Positions 1 through 11,830 of a stretch of 64,000 nt of DNA are shown piece after piece (the first letter of the stretch is position 1; each line of letters starts with the position of its first letter). The translations under genes and the position numbers were made by a program. The stretch is taken from assembly GCA_013239625.1 (NCBI GenBank), contig MU053557.1:813063-877062 (forward strand), read 5' to 3'. The DNA comes from Lama guanicoe (taxonomy: Eukaryota). The notes under the pieces are model-generated. The model saw only the letters and a program-made list of their open reading frames with translations. It did no database searches and was not told where the DNA came from.

Positions 1-19
1 CACCTGACTTCATTGCTCT

Positions 20-214
20 GTCCCCACTTGCATGGTATTTCTATTTTAGCAAGTATCACCGAGGTTCGCAGGCACGTTTTGGCTTGTGTGTCTCTCCTAC
101 TACTATGTGACAGCCAGAAGGGCAGAGGTGGGCTTTTATTCATCTGTGTTTCCAGAGTCTGTCCCCATTCTTGGTAAATAATAATGTTCAACAAATATTT
201 GCTGAATGAGTGAA
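20..214 (+). mobile_element. L2 LINE 3' end (ancient)
   Basis: Typical L2 tail: ...tttattcatctgtgtttccagag...ttcaacaaatatttgctgaatgagtgaa. Confidence 0.65.
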
Positions 215-1004
215 CTCATAGCCTGGGGGAAGCGTGCTTTCCTCTTGGTGTCCCAGCGCACTGAAATGACGAGGCATGAATGCTCCGTGGCTGTGATGCC
301 TTCTCCTGACTACAATGCTTCCCTTAAACCCTGGGATGGGGAGATTGAAGAAGGAGGCTCCTTGCTGTGGCCATCCTTGCAAATCTCTTTCCAGCTCTGA
401 AAAGGAGATCTAAGGCACAGCCCTGAGTTTGCCTGTTCAAACTTTTGTTAGTACTCTCACTTTGCAGCAAGGGACTAAGAGGAGGATTTTCTGTTTATAT
501 TACTGCAGACTTTGATCTCACTTGGTTGATGTGGATGGTACCTTGTTCACAGTACGTTGCCAGTGAGTCTACCGTCTAATGCAATAAGGGGAAGTCTGCG
601 TGACAGCCAGGTGATGCTGAAGGAATGGATGGGTTTATTTCATTAGGAGTAATGTATTCTCAGCAGATACCGGCCTGCGTGCATAATGTGATTCTTGGGG
701 TGCCACAGCAGATGTTTCCTGCTAGAGGAAGGTAATTGCATTACCCCGCCACTTACAGATTCATTAAGGGGAATCTTAGGCTCACCAGTTAGTTTTTTGA
801 GTCCCGCTCCCGTTAGGAACTATTTCCCTGCGGTCACCTTCCCTTCAGGTCACGCATCTCATTGGCCCTGCTTGACAGCCAGCTCCTAAATGCTTCGAAG
901 CATTTAGCCTTCTAAGCATGCCTGTCCTATGTGGTTGCAGAATTGCTTGGCAAAGGAAGAAAAGCTCTTAGAGGACAGAGACACTGTTTTTGTCATCTCC
1001 AAAG

Positions 1005-1280
1005 TGAGAAGTACCCATTACTGATGATTTTAGGTGGCTCATGGAGAAACATTTACGCATTTCTAATTGTTACCTATTTCTGTTAATGTCGACTAGAAAA
1101 AAAAAACTAGCACATAAAACCTGTGATTTCACAGATTTGATGTTTAAAGGGAGGCAAAGTGGGTATTGAAGTAAGTCAATTTGAAAGAAAATCTAAGATA
1201 ATAGCATTAAAAGGTATTTGAAGCAATGACTGAAATTATTAAGGTGATAATCCAATAACTAAAGAGTGGAAATATTGTGA
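1005..1280. mobile_element. Old non-autonomous DNA transposon (hAT-Charlie-like), same family as 43752-44025
   Basis: Shares tgattttaggtg ... gtgatttc ... ttgaaag(g)aaaat blocks in the same order with 43752-44025; family name is a by-eye assignment. Confidence 0.35.
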
Positions 1281-1349
1281 TACAGTACAGTTCCTGATAC
1301 ATAGTAAGTTCTTCATCAGTATTTATTGGAATGAATGACTATTCAAAAT

Positions 1350-1525
1350 AATGATAGCTACTTTTTCTTACATGCTTCTTTTGCACCTAGTCACTGGGCT
1401 GTCAGTGTTGTGTACCATATGCTGTTTGATTCTGACCTGTAAGTTGATGTCTTATCTTCATTTTATAGATGAAGGAACTAAGGCACAGAAAATAACTTAC
1501 ACAGCATTACACAGCTAGTGGTGGT
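1350..1525 (-). mobile_element. MIR SINE
   Basis: MIR core cattttatagatgaaggaactaaggcacaga...acacagctagt. Confidence 0.7.
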
Positions 1526-2397
1526 AGGTCTCTTCTCTGTTACCAAACCCCCAGAGTACTTCTGCACATCCCTGGCTAATAGGTACTGCAAGTTAAAATG
1601 GAGTTTTTATTTCCGGTTCCACCTGAGTTCCCTAGGGTAGTAAAACTATTCCACCATGTTGAAGGTTAGCTCAATTAGCAGTGTTATGATGAGGGTGTTG
1701 CTAAGACCATGTGTTGGATACATTTTGCCAGAGCTGGCCTGGTTGAACAGCGTGCCCTTTGTGGAGTCTCTTAAGTCCCTGAACCAGCCAGACTTTCCAG
1801 TCTCTTCTCCCTTCTCATCTGGAACTCCTTCTCAGCTTCATTGCTGATGTTGTGAGAATGCCGTGTCACGGCTTCAGTGACGACTTCCAGGGACTTCATC
1901 CTATGCTGACCAAAACAACGCCCAAACAACCTTTATGACCGTGACAACACTATGCTGTGGACAACTGTGTTGCTTGACTCAAAAAGTGGCTCTGATGGTC
2001 ACCAAGACACCGAGGTCATAGGTGTACGTGTGACTTGGTAAGAGTGAAATAAGAGGGTTTTTCAAAATCACTGTACTATTATTTGTTGGTGATTTTTCAT
2101 ACGAATATATAAATAAATGCATAAATGTCTTAAGCTGATGTTTGTCTATTTAACTCATATTACTAATCAGTTATCCAGTTAAAATGACCAAGAGCTTCCC
2201 TCCGCACGCTTTGCTTTATATTTATACTGTGTCTGTGCTGTGTCAAGCACAATGACCTGTTAGCCTGGGCAGTAGGAAGGAGCTAAATATTGTCTCACAA
2301 TCAGATGAATAAAACCTGACTACATTCTTGAAAGCCAGTCTCAGATCTTCAGTAATTCTTAGGATACCAGTAGTTTCTAACTTAGGGTTATTGTAAA

Positions 2398-2702
2398 CTT
2401 TTTTTTAAAATTGAACTATAATCAGTTTACAACGTTGTGTCACTTTCTGGTGTACAGCATAACAGTTCAGTCATACATATACATACGTATATTCGTTTTC
2501 ATATTCTTTCTCATTATAAGTTACTATAAGGTATTGAACATAAAATATAGTTTCCTGCACTATACAGTATAGACTTGTTCATCTATTTTATATATAGTAG
2601 TTAGTATCTGCAAATCCCGAACTCCCAATTTATCCCTTCCCACCCTTTCCCCCTTATAACCTTAAGTTTGTTTTCTGTGTCTGTGAGTCTGTTTCTGTTT
2701 TG
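2398..2702 (-). mobile_element. L1 3' UTR fragment (artiodactyl-type), 5'-truncated
   Basis: T-run then attgaactataatcagtttacaacgttgtgtc...tggtgtacagc...cccttcccaccctttcccc...aagtttgttttctgtgtctgtgagtctgtttctgttttg; collinear with the L1 at 36769. Confidence 0.85.
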
Positions 2703-3184
2703 AAACTCAGTTTTACGGGTAAGACTACATGTGTTCTCAGTGAGTAGTTACCACTCAGCGTGATCAGAGGGCTAAAGGGAAAAGGCATCTGGAAGAAGGA
2801 AGCATTATAGAGTTTCTTCATTTCATTAAAATTATAAATTGTTCCTCACATTTATGATTTCTTCTCTGTGGCTCATTTACTGTCTATGACGGGACGTAAG
2901 TGTTATGGTTTGGAGTCATTTCAGAGCTGAGTGAAGGTTCTTACAGGTTGAAAATGGTTATTTTTCTCTTCATTTGCTTTTTACGTTTTTCACTCTAGTT
3001 TCAGGAAAGAGAAGGGTAAGACCATAAGTAGATAATGGGGATCATGGGCATTTCATGTATAAATCAAATGGCAATTCCTGACAAAACCTTTTTACTGCAC
3101 CTGGGAAAGCCAAAGATCTCATGGCTGATCATTAAGATTGGAAGGAACTTTTGAAAATCTTTTTTTCTAGAATTCTGCAAAGTT

Positions 3185-3357
3185 TAGGGCATGGTTCATG
3201 AGCTTCAAAATCACCTGGAGAGTGTTAAAAATGAATATGTTCGAGGTCTCCACTCTAGACCATCTGAATTAATGTCTCCACTGGAGGCCAGGGAAGATAA
3301 ATTTTTCAGAAGCTCCCTAGGTAATTCTTATGAATGCTAGAGTTTGGTAATAACTGT
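3185..3357. mobile_element. MER5-like hAT MITE
   Basis: aatcacctggagagtgttaaaaat...ctctagacc...ctgaat...aagctccctaggtaattcttatg...agtttgg..aactg. Confidence 0.6.
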
Positions 3358-4131
3358 ATTCTCATCTCCCCATTGTACGTAGAAATTGAGGCACAACACA
3401 GTGAAGTGACTTATCAGTGGTAAAGTAGGCAGTAAACAGCAAATCACTATGCTTAGCTATTCAACACCACCTAGGTGAGCTGCAGCTTTTTAATTCATTT
3501 AACATGCATCTTCCTGCCTCAGCTGTGTAGTTATGTAACTTAATTACTTCTTACTTTGATTTGACGGCCTTATTCTATTAGATAAGATGTGTTAATTACT
3601 CTGATGGCAATATGTGGTAATAATGGCTTAGTGTTACATTAATAATTTCAAGATCATGAATAATATGCAACACCTCTGTGTCTGAGCCATCATTAATTTG
3701 TTTCACCAGTGCTGAAGTGTTTAAAATTCAGTTTCAAGCATGTCTTCTCAGAGGAAAAAGGAATAATGCATGTATTAAAACACCTTCCCTTTATTCTGCT
3801 CTTAACTCTGTCCTTGCTACACAATTAGCTGTATATTGTACAATTAGTGAGGTAAAAAATCCCATTTCATTTTATTTTTTTAAAAATACAGGTAAATCAA
3901 AACAAAGTCTTTGCTGATAAAGAAGCAGAAAGTCACAGCAATATAAACCTTGTGCAATTGTATCACTTATAATGAATCTCAAGAGATAAGAATAATTCTG
4001 TAGTAGAATTTTTCGTTAGCCTGAGTTTTTGAGTAAACTTAGTCATGTTCCCTCAGCCAAAAAAAATCTGCTCCTCGCTTACATGAAGACTGAGCAGTTG
4101 AAACTTAGGCAGAAGAGAAGGTAGTGGACAC

Positions 4132-4620
4132 CTGTTCTGTCCACCTGCCCAGCATCCATTTCTTTTTTTCTGGTAATAGCTCCCTGATGCAGAATAACCG
4201 TTTCCCTTAGTCTATGTGGGAACAACCTTCAATATCGATAGTTGGACAGTCAACCCAAGACTGACTAATTGGCATATTCCATTCTTTTTGGAATTGTGAT
4301 TGGCTTAAAGATGACATGTGATACATGTTGGTCCAATCAGAGCTAATCCTAGATCTCTCTAGAGCAACTAAGAAAGATGTGTACTGAGGACCTGGACCAT
4401 AAACTTGGAGAAACTGACACTCATCTTGCCACCATGAAAGGCAAGTTTACCATGATGGAAAAAGAAGGGGAGGGAGTACGAGACCAATTCCTGGTGACAG
4501 AATTTAAATCCTTGAATCCACCCAAGCCTATAGTTCCCTACTATTATTTTGTTTTAACACTATGCAGTCAGATATTTTTTTTTCCTTGTGTCTATCTCTT
4601 GCAGCAATAACAAAGAGACA
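4132..4620 (+). mobile_element. Old MaLR LTR (MLT1K/L-like)
   Basis: cccagcatccattt ... gattggcttaaagatgacatgtga ... ggtccaatcagag ... catcttgcccaccatg motifs. Confidence 0.5.
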
Positions 4621-4797
4621 TGAAAATGTTTAAAAATATTTCTGAAGTCCTGAGTTTTCAAGAATTAAAATGGGTTTGCGTGAAGTGTCTTCTTGAGTCT
4701 TCATTGTGACCAGAGGACAGATTAGTAGCTGGCCTGGGTTAGAGGTAGGGTGACCTTATAATGTGTTACACAAATCAGAATACTTAGCCCCCCTTAT

Positions 4798-4990
4798 CTT
4801 TCAATTATGGAGAATTTTTAACTTATGTAAAAGTAAACAGAACAGTGTAATAAACTCCTGTGAACCTATCAACAAGCACCAACACCAGCAATCCCTTGAC
4901 CATTCCTGCCTCACTTACATCCCTTCAACTTCCCCCACCTCCAGTGTTATTTTGAAGTGAATCGCAGACATCATTTCATTGGATAAAACT
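4798..4990 (-). mobile_element. Old L1 3' end (L1MC4/5-like)
   Basis: attatggagaatttttaac...aaaagtaaacagaacagtgtaataaactcc...ttattttgaagtgaatcgcagacatcatttcat resembles the antisense L1MC 3' terminus. Confidence 0.65.
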
Positions 4991-5249
4991 TTGAGAGTGG
5001 AAGGAAGGGCTTCCTCTTCTCTCCTCTCCTCTCCTATTATGACAGGACAGCGGGTGCAAACTAAGACTGTCCCAGAAAGACTGAGATTGATAGTATGGAA
5101 GAGATTGAAAATAAGTGGATTAGAGTCTGTAATCTTTGTACTGTGTTCTAACCAACTGAAACAATGGACCAACTGGAGTGCTGAAAAGCCTTGAGACCTT
5201 TTTCTTTTGCAGCAGCCTTTTTTGGTTATATAAATGTTTTATTGAATAC

Positions 5250-5990
5250 CATCTTAGTCTGGGTCCTCCAAGGAACAGATGCCAAAACAGGACAAAATGT
5301 GTAAGGATGTCATTAGGGAACTTCTCCTTGAGAGAACAGAGGGAGGGAGCTGGACAAGACCGGGAGGACAGTTACATCCAAGAGGAAGAAAGAGGAGGTA
5401 AAAGTGTCCTAGATTTTGCAAGGCTGTTAAGGGGTCCTCAAGCCAAAGTCAGATGTTAGAGAAGTCCAGTGTTCCCTAGGAATTCACCTGCCCAGTGTAC
5501 CTGCTGCTCTTAGTCCTGGGCTGGGAGCCGCCCATCAGAGTGTGTGCAAACACGGCATCTTAGTCTGTTCCAGCTCCTATAACAAATTACCATTCACTAG
5601 GTGGCTTATGAAAAACAGAAATTTATTTCTCATAGTTCTGGAGGCTGAGAAGTCCAAGATTTAGTGTTTGGTGAGGACCCGCTTCTTGGTCCACGTGTGG
5701 CCATCTTCTACCCTGTAGGTAGAATGCATGAGAGGGCTCCCTGGAGCCTCTCTTATAAGGGCACTAATCTATTCCTGAAGGCTCTACCCTCATGACCTAA
5801 TTACCTTCCAAAGGCCCCACCTCCAAATATCATCATATTGGAGATTAGGTTTCAGAATATGAATTGGGGGTACACACGCCTTTTGTCTATAGCATACAGT
5901 GATGGTTTCAGAGTGCAGCAGCTGAGGCCCTTGGTCACCTTTGCTCCCTGTAGTTGGAGGTCTGTGAGGCACATTTTCCTGGCCACCGCA
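5250..5990 (-). mobile_element. ERVL LTR16A-like solo LTR, split by an MLT1A insertion
   Basis: Left part tcttagtctgggtcctcc..aacagatgcca; right part gatggtttcagagtgcagcagctgaggcccttggtca...cctggccaccgca resumes after the MLT1A. Confidence 0.7.
5556..5894 (-). mobile_element. MLT1A-type MaLR solo LTR
   Basis: tcttagtctgttc...aacagaaatttatttctcatagttctggaggctgagaagtccaagat...catgacctaattaccttccaaaggccccacctccaaat...tctatagca. Confidence 0.85.
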
Positions 5991-5994
5991 CATA

Positions 5995-6218
5995 CAGTAA
6001 AGCATGGACTTGGGAATCAGAGCGACCCTATTAAAATCTTGGCTTGATTGCTTAGTAGCTGTGTGGATGTGGGCAAATCACTTAACTTCCATGTAGCTTA
6101 TACACAAAATGAGGATGAACAGTAGCCCTTATCTTATGGGTTGTTGTGAAGATTAAATGAGATAAACTATAGATAGTGCTTAGCAGAGTGTATGGCTTAT
6201 AGCAAGTGCTCAAAAATT
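5995..6218 (+). mobile_element. MIR SINE
   Basis: tagctgtgtg...gggcaaatcacttaac...gttgttgtgaagattaaatgagataa...gtgcttagcagagtg...aagtgctcaa. Confidence 0.75.
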
Positions 6219-6251
6219 GATGAAGATGGTGATGAGGATGATGATGATGAT
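6219..6251 (+). repeat. Imperfect (GAT)n microsatellite at the MIR tail
   Basis: gatgaagatggtgatgaggatgatgatgatgat. Confidence 0.85.
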
Positions 6252-6949
6252 AACGAACATGAAGACTTGATGAACAGGCTTATTTATAGACCTTTAGCCA
6301 CAGGTTCATATTTTCACAGGCTATATCTGAACAATGAATCTGAAATGACTAATGTATATCACTTAGGGGTTTTGGCCCAGTCTCATCTTCTTATTGTATG
6401 TCAGAGGATCCTTTTCTGTCCTATTCCCAAGCCTCTTCACTCGGCATTCTCTCTAACTGGATTACTTTCCCCACTTCTCTCCTTTATCCACTTGCTTCCT
6501 GCTTATCCTTCTGGTTTCAGTTTAAGAATAACTGATCAGGTAAGACTTCTCTGACCCCATGGTTTAGTAAAGCTTCTTTTTTAATACAGCCTCCAAGAAT
6601 TGTGATCCTAAAATTGCATTTCTTTTATAGCTAGGACTTCTGTTAATGTGTAATTCTACATCTATTCAGATGATTGCTTTTCCAGTCAGTGTGAGAGCAC
6701 GGATGATGCCTGATTTTGCTTATAATTTAAATCCAAAGCCTAGCACAGTGCTAGCTTAGAACATGCTAAATAATTTTTGTTAACTAAATGAAAAAAGTAT
6801 ATCTGCCTCAGATATAACTGAATTCTTGTCAGTTATATTCTTTGTAGCCCATTCATAAAAGGCTGAGATATAAATCTGGCTTGGCAATACATAAAAGGAG
6901 GAGGTATCTGACTAGGTCTCTGGGCAAAGCACTCCATGTCCTGCATTTA

Positions 6950-8244
6950 TTTTAATTTTTATTTATTTTAATTTTTGTTATTGTAAGATGTTTATTTTTA
7001 TTTATTTTGGTGAGAACACAACATGAGATCTATCCTCCTAACAAATTTTAAGTGAAAAATGAGATATTGTTAAGTGTATGCATGATGTTTTACAGCACAC
7101 CTCTAGAACTTACTCATCGTGTGTAACTGCAACTGTACTTTATACCCATTAAACAACTCTGTGTTTCCCTCGGCCTCTGCTCCCTGGAAGTTACCATTCT
7201 ACTCTCTATTTCTATGAGGTTGACAATTTTAAATACCTTATATAAGTAGAATCATGCAGTGTTCGTCCTTCTGTGTGTTTATTTCACTTAGCATCATGTT
7301 TTCCAGGTTCATTTATGATGTCACATATAGCAGGATTTCCATTTTTTTAAGGCCAAATAATATTTCATTGTATATATACACATTTTCTTTATCCATTCAT
7401 TCATTGCTGGACATTTAGATTGTTTCCGTATCTTGACTATTGTGAATAATGCAGCAGGGAATGTGAGAATGCAGGTATCTCTTCAAGATCCTGATTTCAA
7501 TCCTTTTGAATAAGTACCCAGAAGTGGGATTTCTGGATCATATTGAAGTTGCTTTTTTAATTTTTGGAGGAACCTCCATACTGCTTTCCACAGTGGCTGC
7601 ACCAGCTTACGTTCCCACCAACAGTGCACAAAAGTTTTTTTCTCCACATTCTTGCCAATACTTGTTGTCTTTTTGATAATAGCCATTTTAATAGGTGTGA
7701 GGTGATATCTCATTGTGGTTTTGATTTGTGTTTCCTAGATATTTAGTAATGTTGAACATCTTTTCATGTGCCTGTTGGCCATTTGTATGTCTTCTTTGGA
7801 GAAATATCTATTCATGTCCTTTGCCCACTTTTAAAAATCACATTATTTGTTTTTATTTTATTTTGTTGCTAGAGCTGTAGGAGTTGCTTACATACTTTGG
7901 ATATTAGCCCTTTATCAAGTATATGGTTTGCAAATATTTTCTCCCATTCTGTAGCCTACCTTTTCACTGTGTTGTTTCTTTTGCTGTGCAGAAGCTTTTT
8001 AACTTGATACAGTCCCATTTGTCTATTTTTTGTTTTTGTTGCCTGTGATTTCAGTGTCATGTCCAGGGATTCATTGCCAAGACAAAAGTCATGAAGTGTT
8101 CCCCTGTTTTCTTCTAGGATTTCTACAGTTTCAAGTTTTGCATTTCAGTCTTTAATATAGTCAATTTGATTTTTGTGTGTGGCGTAAGGTAAGGGAACAA
8201 TTTCTTTCTTTCACATGGGGATATCCAGTTTTCCCAACACTATT
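6950..8244 (-). mobile_element. L1 (L1MA8/9-like) 3' arm: poly(A), 3' UTR and ORF2 C-terminus
   Basis: T-rich tail 6945-7008; ORF 7483-7713(-) reads [15 protein letters not shown]...[26 protein letters not shown], the L1 ORF2 C-terminal domain; flanking TSD ctccatgtcc at 6932-6941 and 9142-9151. Confidence 0.92.
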
Positions 8245-9140
8245 GTATGTAGAAAACCCTAAAGACTCCACAGTAAAACCTATTTCAACTAATGAATTAA
8301 ATAAATTTTTAGGATACAAAAATCAACATACAAAAATCAGATGTGTTTCTGCATACTAACAATGAACTATTCAAAAAGAAAATTAAGAAATTATCCCATT
8401 TATAATGTCATCAAAAGAATAAAATACTTAGGAATAAACTTAAGGAGATGAAAGACTTCTACACTGAAAACTATAAAACGCAGGTAAAAGAAATTAAAGA
8501 AGACAAATGGAAAGACATCCCATGTTCATGGATTGGAAGACTTAATATTGTTAAAATGTTTTTACTACCCAAAACAATCTACAGATTCAACATATCCCTT
8601 ATCAAAGTCCCAATGGCATTTTTTTTTTAGAGAAATAGAAAAAAACCTGAAGTTCCTGAAATACGTATAGAACCACAAAAGACCCCAAATAGCCAAAGCA
8701 ATCTTGAGAAAGAACACAGCTGGAGACCTTACACTTCTGATTACAAAATTATGTTACAAAGCTAACATAATTAAAATGGTATTGTACTGGCATGAGAACA
8801 GACATACAGACCAATTAACAGAATAAAGAGCCCAGATGTATCCATGCATATTCAATCAACTGATATTCAGCAAGGATACCTAGAATACATAGTGGAGAAA
8901 GTATAATCCAAAGTATAATCTCTCCATTTGATAGTTTTGGGGAAATTGGATATCCACATGCAAAAGAATGAAATTGGATCCTTATCATACATCATACATA
9001 AAAATCAACTCACATGGATTAAAGGCTTAAGACCTGAAACTGTAAAACTTCTAGAAGAAAGCACAGGGGAAATGCTTCATGACTTTGGTCTTGGCAGTGA
9101 TATGACACAAAGAGCACAAGCAACAAAAACAAAAAGTAGG
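8243..9140 (+). mobile_element. Inverted 5' arm of the same L1 (decayed ORF2, region after the RT core)
   Basis: ORF 8448-8630 [42 protein letters not shown] is L1 ORF2; opposite orientation to 6950-8244 and inside the same TSD. Confidence 0.9.
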
Positions 9141-9310
9141 CCTCCATGTCCCATTTTAGCATGACTAGAGAACCAAGTTTAGTATCAGAGCAGTCTTACA
9201 TCAGCATCCATGAGGGGAGATGAGAGACTGTTGAGAAAAACATTATTGTTAGATGCACTTAGGGATTCAGATTACTCATGCATTTTGCCTAACCATGGTG
9301 TATTTTCTCT

Positions 9311-9488
9311 CAGTGCTTCTCAAAATTTAATGTTGGAAAGTACCTGAGTAGCTTCTTCAATATAAGTACTCCCAGGCTCCTCTGCTAAGAAATTCAGGTG
9401 TAGTAGATTTATGGAAGGGCCATTGAATTTCAATGTTTATAAAGTGGCCCATGGGTTTTGATGATAAGACAAATTTAGGAATCACTGT
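9311..9488. mobile_element. MER5-like hAT MITE
   Basis: Terminal inverted repeats cagtgcttctcaaa ... tttaggaatcactg. Confidence 0.65.
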
Positions 9489-11089
9489 CCTGTATCCCAC
9501 TGATGACTCAAGACCACTGAACATGATACATCCATGGCCAGAACCTGTCATTACCAACTTAGACAACACTCATGTATTCTCCCAATAGATCACACACTCT
9601 AAGAAGGCAGAGAATATGCCATTCTGGTTTACCATTGTATCACCCACACTTAGCGCTGTGGTTGGCACATAGTAAACATGCACTAAATATTTTTGCATGC
9701 TGGCAGCACATCGTTTCACTTTAAAATTGTGACAGTTCCAGCTCTCTGTAGGTTCCTGTACAGAATAGGAACTTTGCAATTTGCAATGTAATTTATAACC
9801 CTCTAGCCTCTAAGTACTATCAGTGAGTTAACTTTTATGAATACCACATTTTATTAATCCCTAATTATTTCCCACAGTGGGTTGTTGGTAGGTCATCTTT
9901 AGTTATATATCAAAATAAAAGTATTTGAAAGAGTGTGCCATTTGCTGATGAACTGAGGGAAGGATTTGCATTTTTGGAGTACTTTGAGCACTTTTCTGGG
10001 ACCTACTTTGAGAACCACTGGTCTAAGCTGTTGGTCAGTGTGGTAAATCAAGTCTTAACCATAAAACTGACTGTCATCTACAGTAATCACTGTGGCGACC
10101 AGAATCTTTCTGTCACCCTGTTTTCAGGCAAAGCAGCCATGTTTGCTGGATTCTCACATCATGGTTACGTCTTCTTTGATTTCTGAGCTTATATCCATTA
10201 CTTTTTCCTTTGGGCTTTGTATGACTGCCATTTTGCCTTTTTTAAAGTAACTAAAAACCTCTTTATTTGATATGGAAGTCTCCCAAATGACCACTGCTGA
10301 CAGAGGCTCAGCATGTGTGCATTTTGCTGTATGCTTTACTTTCTGTTGCTAATAGACTTTATCTTCTCTTGGACACAGCATGGATAGAGTTTAGAACAAT
10401 GAGAGCTATCATCTGTCTAGACCTCACACTCCACACAAAGTTTTAAGTAACCAAACATTTATTACTTTACTTACAGCACAGACCTTCAGTCTGTCCTATA
10501 CAAGCTAACAGATCCTAGAGGGGCTGCACCTGCAAGGGCAAGTTGTGGGGCTGCTTAACTCTTGGTGTGCAGTTATGTCCTTGCGCAATGCAGTATGTAA
10601 GACCGCACTACTGTCGAAATGAAAGGAGCTGTGCTTGGGGATTCATAATACTAGATTAGTGCTCTAATTTGCTTCTCCACATTAGTGACAAACGAATTCT
10701 TTGTGACTTGTGTTTCTGTCCTGCTTTCAAAGTCAGTTTCTTCCCAAGGATTGAAATTGGGGATTGCATTGTAGAGAAATGGTCATAGGAGAGGGCTGTA
10801 TCTTCTCTCTCAGCTGCCCCTCCATCCCCTACCTTTGCCACCATGTAGCTAAATAGGACCCTAGACCCTAACTGGCATTTCCTGAGCAGCCTAAGGATCA
10901 ATGTGCTTGTTTAATTTCCATGTATGAAGCTATCTAATGATTGCATTTCCCAGCAGTGACCAGTCAATTGGACTTTCAAAGCACCCACACAGAAGACTGC
11001 TTTTGTGTGCTTTTTGTAGGTGCAATTGCAGAGTTTATAGACCTCTTCTGTTTGATTACTTGGGTGAAAAATGATGGTGATCCTAATAA

Positions 11090-11129
11090 ACACACACACA
11101 CAAGCACACACGCACATACACGCACACAC
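11090..11129. repeat. Imperfect (CA)n microsatellite
   Basis: acacacacacacaagcacacacgcacatacacgcacacac. Confidence 0.85.
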
Positions 11130-11154
11130 TTATTCATTCACACACTGTTCTTTT

Positions 11155-11830
11155 CACCCCCTCCCATTACAGTGTTCCAGACTGCCACCATCTCTTGTCG
11201 AGATTTCTGTGATGGACTCCTCTAGCCTCCTGGGTCCCAGGCTCCTGTAGTGGGAGATCGGGTCCCTGCAGTGACTTCTCATTGTCCTCAGGATACGATC
11301 TAAGCCCTTCAACAGCATCCATTGGCTTTTCATGCTCTCTCTTTCCATTTCCTCATGTTCCCTCCCTACTTCCTCTTCCTCACATCTTAGATTCCATGCT
11401 ACAGCCGCACTTCATGACGTATCATGTGTGCTCCCATTTTTGGCCCCTTGAATAAACTCATTTTGACTGAAGCACTTTTTTCTTCTTTCTTTTCTCATTC
11501 TCGCTTCCCTTTCAGCCTCATTGTGTGTTGTTCTCCTTCAAGTCTCAGCTTGGACATGACAGCCTTCAGGAGGCATTCACAGGCAACACAGCCTGAGGAA
11601 GCTCCTTATTCAAGAGCTTCCAGAGCACCCAGTACCTTCCCTATTAAAGCACTTGGCATGCTGCATCATAACAGCCTCTTGACTTGCCTGTTTCCCTTCT
11701 TCCCTCCACCGTGAAGACCATGAACTTAGGAACCATGGCTTGTTCATTGCTAAAGCTCCAACATCTAAAACAAGGCTTGGCATAAAGTAGGCATTCAGTA
11801 AATGCTCGTTCAATAACAAAAGAATTCATG
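11155..11830 (+). mobile_element. L2 LINE 3' region
   Basis: ccaccatctcttgtc...ctcctctagcct; ends ggcttggcataaagtaggcattcagtaaatgctcgttcaat. Confidence 0.7.

Noticed and set aside
6192..6554. 120-aa ORF with an acidic run as a gene
   Set aside because: It starts in a MIR tail, the acidic run is a (GAT)n microsatellite, and the end runs into L2-like sequence.
7483..9164. ORFs 7483-7713, 8448-8630 and 8928-9164 as host genes
   Set aside because: They are frameshifted, stop-interrupted L1 ORF2 fragments.
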